A stretch of DNA of 62,693 bases, filler included, from Globobulimina sp. (taxonomy: Eukaryota), in assembly GCA_003354225.1 (NCBI GenBank). It is 24 parts of 24 records of this genome, joined end to end, with 100 filler letters (N's around TTAATTAATTAA, not from the genome) between each part and the next. Parts side by side here need not be neighbours in the genome. Positions count along the whole stretch, not along the records: positions 47,108 to 49,622 come from PIVH01006228.1; positions 49,723 to 52,237 come from PIVH01006229.1; positions 52,338 to 54,851 come from PIVH01006230.1; positions 54,952 to 57,465 come from PIVH01006231.1; positions 57,566 to 60,079 come from PIVH01006232.1; positions 60,180 to 62,693 come from PIVH01006233.1; 18 more parts are not named here. One strand, 5' to 3'. A program made the position numbers and the translations under genes. Positions 48,655 through 60,192 of this stretch are shown here, piece by piece (position 1 is the first letter of the stretch; every line of letters begins with the position of its first letter). The notes under the pieces were generated by a model. It did no database searches and was not told the DNA's origin. It worked only from the letters and a program-made list of their open reading frames with translations.

Positions 48655-49590
48655 ATGTACACCCGCCGATCAAGAAGTGTTGATGGAAAACCATGGCCAG
48701 ATGTTCATGATCAAAAAGATAATGACCTGTCCATATCATTCATAGCTGAGCATCACCAGCATGAAAAGAAAGACAGTGCAGATCATGAAGAGAAAGAAAA
48801 TGATGAAAAGCCCAGCAAATCTTACAACGTATTGTTTGACTACATTCCTGCATTGGTCATGTCAGTCTTGATCGCATTGGAAGTTGCATATATTGCCTCA
48901 ACGTTTGCTACCACCTTAGACACCGACGCCATTCCTTATTCCATCATTGACTTTGTCAAAGTTTCATGGTTAATTACCGCTTTGTTGCAGTTTAGCACCG
49001 AGATGAATTGGCTCTTAATCATAGAATATGCTATCATTCTTTTATCAAATTTGGATTTATTCATTTATCTCCGAGGTAAAGCATTGCATATTTGCATATC
49101 ATATATTTGCCGAAATTACAGTATCATTATATTATCATTTCCGTTTTTTAGGTCCACGATCAAGACCAGATTCCCTGTGAATTTGTTACGAGCGATCTTC
49201 AAAGCATTGTCAACATCGGCGGCCTTCAGTATATGTGTCATAGTTTTCAATGGCAGCAGCACTACGGATTCAAGTTCAACTGCGATATATTTAGTGTCCA
49301 CTTTTTCTATTATTATTTTTATTTTACAAACAGCATTATTAGCCGTAGCAAATAATAGATTAAGTATTAGTTTATTTGTGTTCCATTTAGGACTCTTAAT
49401 TTGTGTTATCATTAATTTCATTTTATTGAAGACTGCTCCTCGATATGATGACGGCATTGGACAGCTCGTTGTTTATCTCGTACAAACGTTTTTAATTTTT
49501 GTTGTTGTCTGCATGTTGGTTTGCTGCCAAACTGAAAATCATCGATTGTTTAAACCATTGTGGATTGTATTAACAGGAACAAACACATAA
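48655..49590 (+). CDS. Hypothetical multi-pass membrane protein, partial
   Basis: Long hydrophobic ORF; probably contains an in-frame intron near 49076-49152. Confidence 0.5.
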   Translation: MYTRRSRSVDGKPWPDVHDQKDNDLSISFIAEHHQHEKKDSADHEEKENDEKPSKSYNVLFDYIPALVMSVLIALEVAYIASTFATTLDTDAIPYSIIDFVKVSWLITALLQFSTEMNWLLIIEYAIILLSNLDLFIYLRGKALHICISYICRNYSIIILSFPFFRSTIKTRFPVNLLRAIFKALSTSAAFSICVIVFNGSSTTDSSSTAIYLVSTFSIIIFILQTALLAVANNRLSISLFVFHLGLLICVIINFILLKTAPRYDDGIGQLVVYLVQTFLIFVVVCMLVCCQTENHRLFKPLWIVLTGTNT

Positions 49591-49752
49591 ATATTGAAAT
49601 TTGTTATGTGTGTTATGTGTGTNNNNNNNNNNNNNNNNNNNNNNNNNNNNNNNNNNNNNNNNNNNNTTAATTAATTAANNNNNNNNNNNNNNNNNNNNNN
49701 NNNNNNNNNNNNNNNNNNNNNNTATTGGTTTGAAGATTTTGACAAAAATTCT

Positions 49753-50884
49753 TTGGTTCAAGTCGAGCTCCAAGAATGGTTGAAGGAATTGTCAGTTTAC
49801 AACGAGTTGGACATTCACAATATAAATTGTATCTGGATTCAGAAGCTGTACAATGCCGTAAAAAAGGAGTATTTACGCTTGCAAAGCATTGATTGGGAGA
49901 AGGAATTGGAGAAACAACTGAATATTCTCTCGTTTTTCGACGACATTGATATCGGTGATTTGAACAAAATGAACACATTTTTAGCTAAGTCGACCGCGGA
50001 GGAGTTGGCGGACCAAATTACTTTAATGGACTACCGCTTGTTTAGTCGCATTGAGCCGCGAGAATGTGTACACCAACGATGGAAGGACCAGAATAATAAG
50101 AAATTGGCGCCGAATATTTTATCTTTGATCCAGCAATTTAATAATTTCACCATTTTCATTCAGATTCAGATATTAAGGGAGCGCTCATTGAAAAAAAGAG
50201 GGACTGCGATTAAGAGGATTATTAAAATGGGGCAACATTTCAAATCCACACGAAATTATAATTCGTTGTGTGCCGTTTTTAGTGCTTTGAATTCTGCGCC
50301 GATACATCGGTTAAAATTGGCCTGGCATCGGGTCCCAGGTATTTTTTTTATTTTTGTCCAGCAATGACAACCAATGAAAAACACAAAAAACAGAGCGACA
50401 AAGAGTTGCTTTTGAGGGCTGGTCGGTGATATTTTGCCGAGATTTTAATCATAGAAATTTACGAAGTTTATTACGAAAAGCCGGCGGAAATCCGTGTATA
50501 CCGCACATTGGCGTGTTTTTGCAAGATTTGGTGTTTATTGATGAAGGAAATAAAAAAAAAGTGGCAGTGGAAGCATTTAATGGGAATCAAATGCTAAATT
50601 TTAACAAATGTGTCCGCATTGCAGATCGAATCAAGAATTTGCAGTTATTTCAACATCACAAATATAACAATCAGATTCAGGAAAACAAGCGGATCCAGAA
50701 AGTGATCTTGATGGAGTTTGAGAAGTTGAAGGATGTGACGGAGGACCAAATCTGGGACATGTCGACTGAGATAAAAAAACAGGACCAGAGGGAGGCGAGA
50801 CAGCCGTTGGGATTCTTTGGGGGCGGAGGGAATCGGAATGCCGGCGTCAATCAAATACCGCCCCCTCAAGCTGTGCAACAATAA
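49753..50884 (+). CDS. RasGEF catalytic (CDC25-homology) domain, 5'-partial
   Basis: ELADQITLMD..LFSRIEPREC, NYNSLCAVFSALNSAPIHRLKLAW, PCIPHIGVFLQDLVFIDEGN, LNFNK. Intron 50339-50393. Confidence 0.93.
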
Positions 50885-51167
50885 CTGTGCTCGTGTTGTA
50901 CAACAATTTGATTTGATTCGTTTCATTGTGTATTGTTTGCCATTTTTGTGAGTTGTATTATTTTTGTAATTGTGTAACATTTATTTGTCGTTTTTATAAA
51001 GTAATGGTAGTTATAAGATGTAAAAATAATATAAATTGATTTCTTGGAGTTTTTTTGAAGACAACAAAAAAACTTTAGTTCACCATGGAACCCAACATCA
51101 ATTACAACAAATTGGATTTCGTCAGTTTCTATTGCCAGCTTGCTATTTAACCATTACTTTGAGCACA

Positions 51168-52237
51168 ATGGGCTTCACATTATTATTTTTTCTAAATTAT
51201 TACGTGATTCTTCCACAAATCATTCTGCCCTATTTTACGCATATAAAACCGTATACGTTTTTGCATTTTAAAGTATGCAATATATTCTTATCAATGATAC
51301 ATGGAATGGTTATTATATCGTCATGCATAGCATTCGAACATGTATTTGTTTTCTCGCTCACTCAATCGATGATAGATACCTCCACCACACAGACAGACAT
51401 TGCCATTGCTTCCATTTCTGTCGGATACCTTATGTACGATACAATTATCTGCTGTATAATATGCAGCAAAATGCATACAGATAAACTGAATTTGATTTGT
51501 GTATTCCATCATATCATTGCATTGCTTGGTGTATTGGTGTGTGTGTTTCAAGTCTATGGAGGCAGACCGGTAATTATCGTCGTATTTATCAATGAAATTA
51601 CAAATCCTATGCTTCATATAAATAACATGAAAAACAAATTGCTATCTCGTGATAATTTAAAAAAACAGTCGGTATTTATGGATTTAATGATGAAAATGTT
51701 ATATATTATATTATTTTCAATCTGTCGCTTTGTGTGGATGGCTCATATTTTATTTCAGGTAACATTTATTTTTAAGTCAAGCATTTACTTCAAAATAGTC
51801 AGTGTTTTATTGGTAATATTATCCACCGCATTGCTACCGGAGATGATAAAAGATGCTAATAAAACATACTCAAAATACAAAACAATGGATACCTCGCAAA
51901 ACATACTCAAAATAGAATCTGTAGAAATGACTGACGATGAAATTAATATTACTAAAATCACAGAGTATAATGAGATATTAACAGTGTCAAAACAATCCGT
52001 GAAACAATTATTTGTGGCTGGTGTGGTATATAGTTTTTTTCATGCAAATCGCATGGCGATCTATGTATTATATGCACAGGAATTCAATCCAACAATGCTG
52101 CAGATTGCTTTTTTGTTGTATGCCTCTAACTTTTGGAATGGAATCGCATCGCTGTTATATGCATCATTGGCCAATCAATACGGTTATGATATCGTATTAA
52201 TGCTCTTATTGCTGCTACAATGCATTGCTGTTTTATT
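51168..52237 (+). CDS. TLC-domain membrane protein continuing into an MFS-like segment, 3'-partial
   Basis: TLC motifs GYLMYD, VFHH, NEITNPMLH, FSICRF; then LYASLANQYGYD, resembling MFS motif A. Confidence 0.7.
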
Positions 52238-52585
52238 NNNNNNNNNNNNNNNNNNNNNNNNNNNNNNNNNNNNNNNNNNNNTTAATTAATTAANNNNNNN
52301 NNNNNNNNNNNNNNNNNNNNNNNNNNNNNNNNNNNNNCCATCAGTGACATTAACACCCAATTCTTGTAAAATAGCAACGTTTGCTGATGATTTCTGTATA
52401 TAATATTATAGTGTTTTTTATATAGAAGCTATTGGCAACACACATTTGATGTTATTTCATCGATTTCCTCTGATTTCTGTGTAGAACAAATAAAACAAAT
52501 GATTGTGTTTGTATTTTTTAATCATAGACAATAAACCGACATGGATACAATTTCCCATTCTGGCGCAGTTTAAAGAGTTTTTTGG

Positions 52586-53087
52586 TTTTGAAACAAGTGA
52601 AACGTACTGAAGTCGCACAATAATGGGCAGTGCGTGTGTGTGGTTCTTGTGACCAATACAATGCGATAATGTGTATACATTTTTTTCAATTATTCTTTTT
52701 ATACAGAAACGGTACGTTTGCTATAGTTTTGTCTTTGATTTGTTCTGGGTTTGTTATTACTTTGTCTTGGGTTTGCAAATCCAGCACAAAGTTATAACAA
52801 ATGTATAATTGAATCTTCGATATACAAATGGGGTGTTATCCAATGGGATATATCGTTCAGAGTACTCAAATTAGTATTCACCTACTGAAATTAAAATAGC
52901 TCATCAAAAAAAAAACAATATACTATTAAAAACATGAACTTATAACTACTATCATGTTTGCAATTATTTATGATAATACTTGTAATCTAAAAGATCGTGA
53001 TCGGAAAATGTTTTTTGAAACAAGTGAAACGTACTGAAGTAGCTTACTAATGGGCAGTGTGTGTGGTTCTCGTCACTAATACCATGC
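52586..53087 (+). repeat. Two dispersed copies of a 75-79 bp element (52586-52664, 53013-53087)
   Basis: ttttgaaacaagtgaaacgtactgaagt...taatgggcagtg..gtgtggttct...aatac.atgc occurs twice. Confidence 0.85.
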
Positions 53088-53667
53088 AAAAATCGAGAGA
53101 CACTTAAACATTCATGACAAATTAAAGCAGATCGAGTAGTAAAAAAACGTTTTAATCACATTGCAATATCATTTATTTTCATCTCATTGCAATTGCATTG
53201 TGTGATTCTTTGTGGTCTGTGCCAAATATAAATCTTGATTACAATCAAGTGGATGGACAATGAATATCTGCGAGAAACACTTTTGTCTGCATTTGAATTA
53301 ACATAACAAAACTTTGTAGGATGAAAAAAGCGTATATCACTTTCAATTAATAACACTTTATAGTATTTTTGTCCTTATAATCGGTATTTGGATAATAGCT
53401 CAGTAGACTGTCTTCATCATCATAAATGGTGCAATCATTGTATCAAATGATTTTCTCACTCATCATCATTCAGCTGCAACTGAACATAAATCAAAACTAA
53501 AAGTTTTTTTGTTGAAAACCACACAAAACGTTTTCTTCTTTGCCCTTATCATCCGGACAAAGACAAACATATATATTCCAATTCCACATCATATCGTATG
53601 CAAACTATATTCCTTCCGTCAAAACATGAATTAATTCCAACCACTCCAATACCCTCAGTCTAAACCA

Positions 53668-54804
53668 ATGGACAAGCAAATGATACGAATCCCAACCGAC
53701 GCCACAAACTTATCCACAGATTGCATTGGCATTTCCTCCACTCCCCGTTCCAAAAAAATGCGAGGACGTGGTCGCCCCAAAGGCAGCAAATCAAAAACCA
53801 GCAGATCCAGTCGTCATTGTCGCAAACGCACAGCAACGGAATCACACTTTGAATATACACCAAACCAAACCGAGCCATCCCTATCACCTAAACTCTCCCC
53901 ATACGACTCTCCACCCAGACGCAAGAAACGAAAACCAAACAAAGCTCATCGCGACGCCTTCCCCGACCACACCGACGAAGCTATCCGCCGCCAATTAGCC
54001 CTAGAAAGGAAGGCTAAAAATCGCAAATCTGCGCAAGAATCACGCGAACGAAGGAAAAAACAAGAAACGTATTTAAACCAACGGTTACCTAAAGGCTTGG
54101 CATTGAAAGCCTTGTTACAGTCCAACAAATTGCACGTATGTTCTTGTTATAATTACATGTCATATCAACTCCGTATACTTTATGACGTTGCACTTAAACC
54201 AAAAAATATCAACCTGCGCTTTTGCGCGCGTGTGTTTGCCTTTTTTTTTATACGACAGAGTACTTTGGCTGAGAGCGAGAGCGACATTGACTTTGACATT
54301 GACATTGAAAATGAGAATTTGGAAGCAGCGCTATCGCGCGATGCCGAACTATCTGAAATGAAGATGATATTGGATGAGATGTGCGATAACTTTGCGTCTG
54401 AATATGACGAATATCCCATGGCGCAAAGAGAGCGCAATGAGATCAGCGATGAACTCATCATTGACATATTGAAAGAATATGTGTCTGCCGATGGCGTTGG
54501 GCGCAGTGAGGATGAGTTGATATTAGAGACTGACAGAGATGCCATTCATTTACAAGTGATTGGCGAGATTGAGAATGGCGTTCCGATGCATGTCGACGAC
54601 ATCCCTCCGTCTGCCACGCCCAACGCCTTCAAAGCGACTCGAGGGAGAAAGCTCAAACGCAAACAAAAACAGTCTGTGCGCTTAAAAACACCGCCCACCA
54701 TTCCCTATACGCATCACTTTAACGTTGCTGATACCGAACTACCTCCACCGTACGTACCATGTCTCTGCGCTCTATTTATGGAAATTTCTGACGGCTTTCT
54801 TTGA
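53668..54804 (+). CDS. bZIP transcription factor with AT-hook
   Basis: AT-hook RGRGRPKGSK; basic region RKAKNRKSAQESRERRK followed by L-x6-L. Internal introns are likely. Confidence 0.75.
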   Translation: MDKQMIRIPTDATNLSTDCIGISSTPRSKKMRGRGRPKGSKSKTSRSSRHCRKRTATESHFEYTPNQTEPSLSPKLSPYDSPPRRKKRKPNKAHRDAFPDHTDEAIRRQLALERKAKNRKSAQESRERRKKQETYLNQRLPKGLALKALLQSNKLHVCSCYNYMSYQLRILYDVALKPKNINLRFCARVFAFFFIRQSTLAESESDIDFDIDIENENLEAALSRDAELSEMKMILDEMCDNFASEYDEYPMAQRERNEISDELIIDILKEYVSADGVGRSEDELILETDRDAIHLQVIGEIENGVPMHVDDIPPSATPNAFKATRGRKLKRKQKQSVRLKTPPTIPYTHHFNVADTELPPPYVPCLCALFMEISDGFL

Positions 54805-55056
54805 GATTTAAAATCCGATGCACACTCTGAGTTTTTTTGCAAACTCGAAACNNNNNNNNNNNNNNNNNNNNNNNNNNNNNNNNNNNNNNNNNNNNTTAAT
54901 TAATTAANNNNNNNNNNNNNNNNNNNNNNNNNNNNNNNNNNNNNNNNNNNNTTGCCCATGGCTTTATTTTTTTTGTTAACCATTATGATGTATTCTGCTT
55001 TCATGTACTCCCAAAAGGTGGATTACAATGAAGCGCAATAAATTGGAGTAAATGAC

Positions 55057-55368
55057 ATGATACGATGCAACAACCCACGCAGTTATTACTTAGCATGTTT
55101 ATGGCATTTACTCAGAGAAATTCCATTGTTATCAATATTTATTATATGTATACCAACCGTGGCCGCAGTATACATCGCATTGACAAGAATCGTGGATTAC
55201 AAACATTTTGCTGTTGATGTTGTCGCAGGAATGTTGATTGGCATTACATCTGCAATTATCACGTATTTAGTCCATTGGAACGAACTATATTTTTCATTTA
55301 ACAAATCCAACCGGTTAGAATTGGATCAAAATAAGAAATATAAAGTAAATGATAGATTGAATGTATAA
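55057..55368 (+). CDS. PAP2/lipid phosphate phosphatase C-terminus, 5'-partial
   Basis: IALTRIVDYKHFAVDVVAGMLIG matches the SRxxxxxHxxxD domain 3. Confidence 0.85.
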   Translation: MIRCNNPRSYYLACLWHLLREIPLLSIFIICIPTVAAVYIALTRIVDYKHFAVDVVAGMLIGITSAIITYLVHWNELYFSFNKSNRLELDQNKKYKVNDRLNV

Positions 55369-55579
55369 TCGTTCAAAATTAATAATGCTTTTTTTGTCGT
55401 GAATTTATGTTAATTTAATATAATATTATCCTGAACCTAAGCATCTTCATTCCCCGCAAACAACAATTATTGGCATTTATTGCTATCCTTGTTTGCTAGC
55501 CTGAAAACATTCAAATACTGTCACTAGTAATATAAAGTTCATTTTGCTGGTGTTTTTTGTTGGTAAAATGTTGTATAAA

Positions 55580-56323
55580 TCATAATGCAAATAAAGCGAA
55601 AAGAACAGGGAGAAAGAAGCATATTTGGGCGCACACAGTGCAAACATGGAAGATCTCATGAGATCCAAATATCTTTGGCCATGGATTTGGTGAATTCAAT
55701 GCAAATATTAATCCTCCAATGATATAAAACAATCCACCAACAATAATCAAGAATAAATCGCGGACATGTATTGCTTGGCAGATATGAGTCGCATAAGGAA
55801 GGCAGGCACATCCCAGTCCGATATAAATTAATGTGTCAAATATTGCTGGCATCACGTTTAAAAACATTGTCTTGAAAATGCCACAAAGACCCAATATCCA
55901 CACAATGGACAATAATTGGTACGACCATTCCCAATGATACATTGCTGGCACAACTAAGGTCATTTGAGCCGTATAAGACCCAGCAGTTAATAGGAAAATA
56001 CAGCTATGATCCAATTGTTGTATTTTGCGTTCTGCCAAAGGACAGCGCCATATTGTCTGATGATAATAGGCTGACACTCCGTATTGACATAAAATCGAAG
56101 CAAAATAAACGATTATTGGCAAAAAATGAGCTGCCCAATCTCTACATAAATACAATGTTGCTGGCAATAGAACCAATGTGAAATAAAAGGCCATTTCGTG
56201 GATTTTACCTCTGTAGAATGGCCGGACATTGTTTATTGCAAAATAAGTCCTTGGCGCGACAGCCATTGTTAGTGTTGAAGGCTGGAGTTTTTTAATGACT
56301 AAATTATTTTTCTGTGAAAACAT
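55580..56323 (-). CDS. Hemolysin III/PAQR family membrane protein
   Basis: RPFYRGKIH, SAYYH, LDHSCIFLLTAGSYT, GGLFYIIGG, PNPWPKIFGSHEIFH. Confidence 0.93.
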   Translation of the reverse strand: MFSQKNNLVIKKLQPSTLTMAVAPRTYFAINNVRPFYRGKIHEMAFYFTLVLLPATLYLCRDWAAHFLPIIVYFASILCQYGVSAYYHQTIWRCPLAERKIQQLDHSCIFLLTAGSYTAQMTLVVPAMYHWEWSYQLLSIVWILGLCGIFKTMFLNVMPAIFDTLIYIGLGCACLPYATHICQAIHVRDLFLIIVGGLFYIIGGLIFALNSPNPWPKIFGSHEIFHVCTVCAQICFFLPVLFALFAL

Positions 56324-56351
56324 TTCAAGTAAAGTATAAAAAAAATTATAA

Positions 56352-57465
56352 TTATTTTTGATTATGATGAAACCAAGAAGGTTGCTGTGCAGTGTCAACA
56401 TTATCATGTCTATAATCAAACAATAATTCTTGGCCGACTTGCAAGTCTTTTTTCGCATAAATGCATATTCGATGATCGCCATTCACCGTAATAATTTTCG
56501 CTCTGCAATTCGGTTTAATCGAATGATTTGCAAATTTCATTTTGGATCCTTTCCTCGTGGCATCAATGCAATATTCTTCATTCAAGTTAAACAAATATGA
56601 AATATTTTGTTCATCGTAAACCCGGCCTCTCCGATCCGCCTCGTGCTGCGTTATCATCTCACCCAAATACTCTGTGATATATTCGCCCGCCGCTATCTTC
56701 TCACCGGCATAACATCCAAAACCATGCACATCAGATTTACCGATCCATAATTTCTTTTTTCTTTGTTGAGTGCAACACAAATTACCACACAAATTGAAAG
56801 GATTAATATGCGGAACACCACCAATCTCAATCTCAATATTTCTATCCTTGCCCTCCTGTTCTTGATCACATACATTCGCACCATTTGATTTTCTTTTTTT
56901 TTCATAATGTTCATGATAAAATCCAGGCGCATTTTGCTTTAACCATTCAATGCTTTCGTCAAATACTTGCGGAGTCAAATAAGATTGGCACGCAATGCAT
57001 TTATCCGGATCGCATTCACGATGCGACTTAAAACATGGACATAAATCCGAGCGACAATGGGCCGCTTCGCAGACACAGCCTGGGAATCGCCGCTTACATT
57101 CAATACGACAGTTACAATACTTCTCGCAATGCGTCTCATTCATCATACAGCTGCAATTATTCTCCACTGAGCACATTCCATCATGCTTACAGCCAAAAAA
57201 CTGATGAGGAATATTCTCCGCATTCAACTCCACCGCTTCTTTCTTCCTTTCATTGAATGCATTCGCATTCTTCATTTTTTTATCATTGGCCTCCTCCATT
57301 GGATATGCCACCAAATCGGGTATCAATTCCTTTGCTTTTAGGTAGATATTTGTGCACGACACGGTATCCAAAATGGACGCAATTTGGCAGAAGTTCTTCT
57401 TGCAAATATTTAATAATCTCCGCAAATTCGCTAAATCCATATAACTCCATTCGAAAACTGTATTG
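56352..57465 (-). CDS. EZH2: Enhancer of zeste (PRC2 H3K27 methyltransferase) homolog, 5'-partial
   Basis: SANT2-like EWS...NFCQIA; CXC CEKYCNC...RFPGC...CPCF...RECDPDKC; SET EADRRGRVYD...SYLFNLN...FANHS.KPNC...NGDHRI...ELLFDY. Confidence 0.92.
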
Positions 57466-57672
57466 NNNNNNNNNNNNNNNNNNNNNNNNNNNNNNNNNNN
57501 NNNNNNNNNTTAATTAATTAANNNNNNNNNNNNNNNNNNNNNNNNNNNNNNNNNNNNNNNNNNNNGCTTTTGGTGCTGCTCGGAAGCAAAGCAAAACCAA
57601 TGCAAATCATACTTATGGGACGACCAATGGCAAAACACTCAGAGGAAACTACCCAAAAAGGAGAAACAATTC

Positions 57673-59764
57673 ATGCGCAAGAAGTCATTTTTAATCTCCA
57701 CAGAATTGATATGCATCTCACCACTGTGTTTAGTTGAAGTGGGTCTCCATCCGCCTGAACAACACTTTGTTGATCAAGTTAAAAAATGTAACAATGCACA
57801 TTGGAACCCCGAGAAAAGAAAATGGGTCGTTCCATTGGATCAGCATTCAAAGCTGATACAAACTACGAGGAAGGCCTGCGGACGGCATGGCTATGTGTTT
57901 AAAATGGATGTGATTCCATCGCAGGTCATCCAGAATGTGGGCAAATGGAAAGCAAAGGAGAAGTATAATGAGAGTGATACTGATGACTGCATTGCTAATT
58001 TACCTTTGAAATTAAGGAATGCGCTGTACGAGTTTCAAAAGGAAGGGGTTAGATTTGCGATCGATAAAGGTGGGAGATGTCTGATTGCGGATGAAATGGG
58101 TTTGGTATGTGTTTACTTGTTCTGTTGTCATGATTGAAAATGTCATGTTTGAGTGAAGTGAAGTGCAGTTTACTTTGCTTAAAAAAAAACATTTGCATTT
58201 AGGGTAAGTCCATTCAAGCCATTGCTGTCGCATATCATTATAAATCGTCATGGCCGTTATTGGTAATAACACCCAGTTCGTTGACGTTAACCTGGAAAAT
58301 GGAATTGTTGAAATGGTTGACGCCAGCCATAAATGGCGAGGATATAAATATAATCCGCAAAGTAGCTGATAAAATGTTGAAATATGATGATAAATTAAAT
58401 ATGAATGCCGCATTATGTCCAATAACAATTGTGTCGTACGGATTGGCTGTACGCAAACAAGCAGAAATCAGTGATAATAATAAATTATTTGGCATGGTGA
58501 TCTGTGATGAATCGCATGCTTTGAAAAATTATAAAACACAAAGATGTAAAATATTGTTGCCTTTAATTAAAAGAAATGTAAGATATTGCTTATTGTTATC
58601 AGGTACGTATTTGTTTTTTGATTGGTTGCAATTTTCAGATCATTTTAAATAGAAAACGATTTTAATTTTTTTGTTGGTTATTTATTCCAAGGTACACCAA
58701 CAAACAATCGACCATCAGAATTATGGACACAAATCGATGCCTTACGATCGAACGACTTTATGTCGTTTAAACAATACAGCATCAGATACTGCGAAGGACA
58801 GCAGAGCAGATTTGGGTGGATCGCCAATGGCGCCATGCACTTAAAAGAGTTGCATTCGATGATTAAATATAAAGTAATGATACGGCGGACGAAAAAAGAG
58901 GTTCTGACCCAATTACCAGATAAAATCCGCACTCTTATTTGTATCGAATGCGATAAAAGGTTGGAAAAAAAAATCAAACAAAAAATGGTGAAAAATGAAC
59001 AGTTTAAGGATGAAATGATGAATATGCGAATGGATGATGGCGTGAATGAGGATGAGAAACACGCGGTTTTTGATAAAAAAAATAAAACCATGCTAGCTTT
59101 GTATTCATTGAGTGGAATGAGTAAAATTAAGAAAATATGCGAATATGTTATTGATTTATATGATACAAATGAGAAATTTCTAATATTTGCGCATCATTTG
59201 CAAGTATTAGATGCTATACAGGAGTGTGTAGAAAATAAATGTAAGTGTGAGTTTATTCGGATTGATGGCAAAACCTCGCCGGACAAACGGCAGTTATTAG
59301 TGGACAAATTTCAGGAGAATGAGGGTATTCGTATTGCAATATTGTCGATAACCGCAGCTGGAACCGGGTTGACTTTGACTGCCGCGACTTCAGTGGTTTT
59401 CGCAGAGCTATATTGGGGACCAACTGCATTGTTACAATGCGAGGACAGAGCGCATAGAATTGGGCAAAAATCGACTGTAAATATTATATATTTGTTAGGG
59501 AAGGGAAGTTTGGATGATGTGATGTGGAAAATGATTAAGAAAAAAATGGATGTAATCAGTAAAACGTTGACTGGGAAACAAATTCGAATGGAAGTTGAAC
59601 AGTATCAAAATGAATATATTAAAAATACACCAAAGCCCAACAAAAAGAATGATGATAATCATAATTCTGAGAAAAAGCATCAGAGTCAGAAGCGTAGCAC
59701 ACATAAAAAACAGAAAAGAATTACGCAAATGTTAACTTTCACACCGATTCATAAAAAAAAATAA
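57673..59764 (+). CDS. SMARCAL1: SMARCAL1/ZRANB3-type SNF2 annealing helicase
   Basis: HARP-like AHWNPEKRKWVVP; LYEFQKEGV, ADEMGL/GKS, DESH, LSG/TP, IRIDG, GLTLTAA..VVFAELYW, QCEDRAHRIGQ. Introns 58105-58202 and 58603-58691. Confidence 0.88.
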
Positions 59765-59893
59765 TGTTTTTTACAATTTTAATTTATTGCCAATACATTG
59801 AGCGATAATCCCGGGATTTTTTGTCTATTTCTCTTCACGGCATTTATTGACACAGTTGACTTTTTAGGCTTAAACTTCTAAATACTTCTTTTG

Positions 59894-59999
59894 GATTGGC
59901 AAGGTTTTTGGGTTAGCTATAGTGGTTTTCAACTTTGAATACTAGGATTCGAATACTAGGTTGAAAATCACTCTAGCTAACCCAAAAACCTTGCCAATC
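59894..59999. repeat. Inverted repeat with 40-bp arms (MITE-like or hairpin)
   Basis: 59894-59933 pairs with 59960-59999 with 2 mismatches; 26-nt loop. Confidence 0.9.
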
Positions 60000-60192
60000 A
60001 CTAGAGATCACCACACTAACTCTTTCGTCATTTTGCTTGCTTTTTGTGTTGTTATATTGTGTGTGTATTGTATGAATCANNNNNNNNNNNNNNNNNNNNN
60101 NNNNNNNNNNNNNNNNNNNNNNNTTAATTAATTAANNNNNNNNNNNNNNNNNNNNNNNNNNNNNNNNNNNNNNNNNNNNTTTAAATTAAAAC

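Noticed and set aside
18504-50884. Treating the REM fragment (18504) and the CDC25 fragment (49753), or any genes on different contigs, as a linked cluster
   Set aside because: Contig order reflects length only, so there is no linkage information. The two RasGEF parts may or may not be one gene.
2519-60179. Regularly spaced TTAATTAATTAA palindromes as a biological repeat, CRISPR array or telomere
   Set aside because: They are always embedded in 44+44 Ns and act as six-frame-stop linkers between length-sorted contigs. ORF ends reading X...LIN are artefacts.
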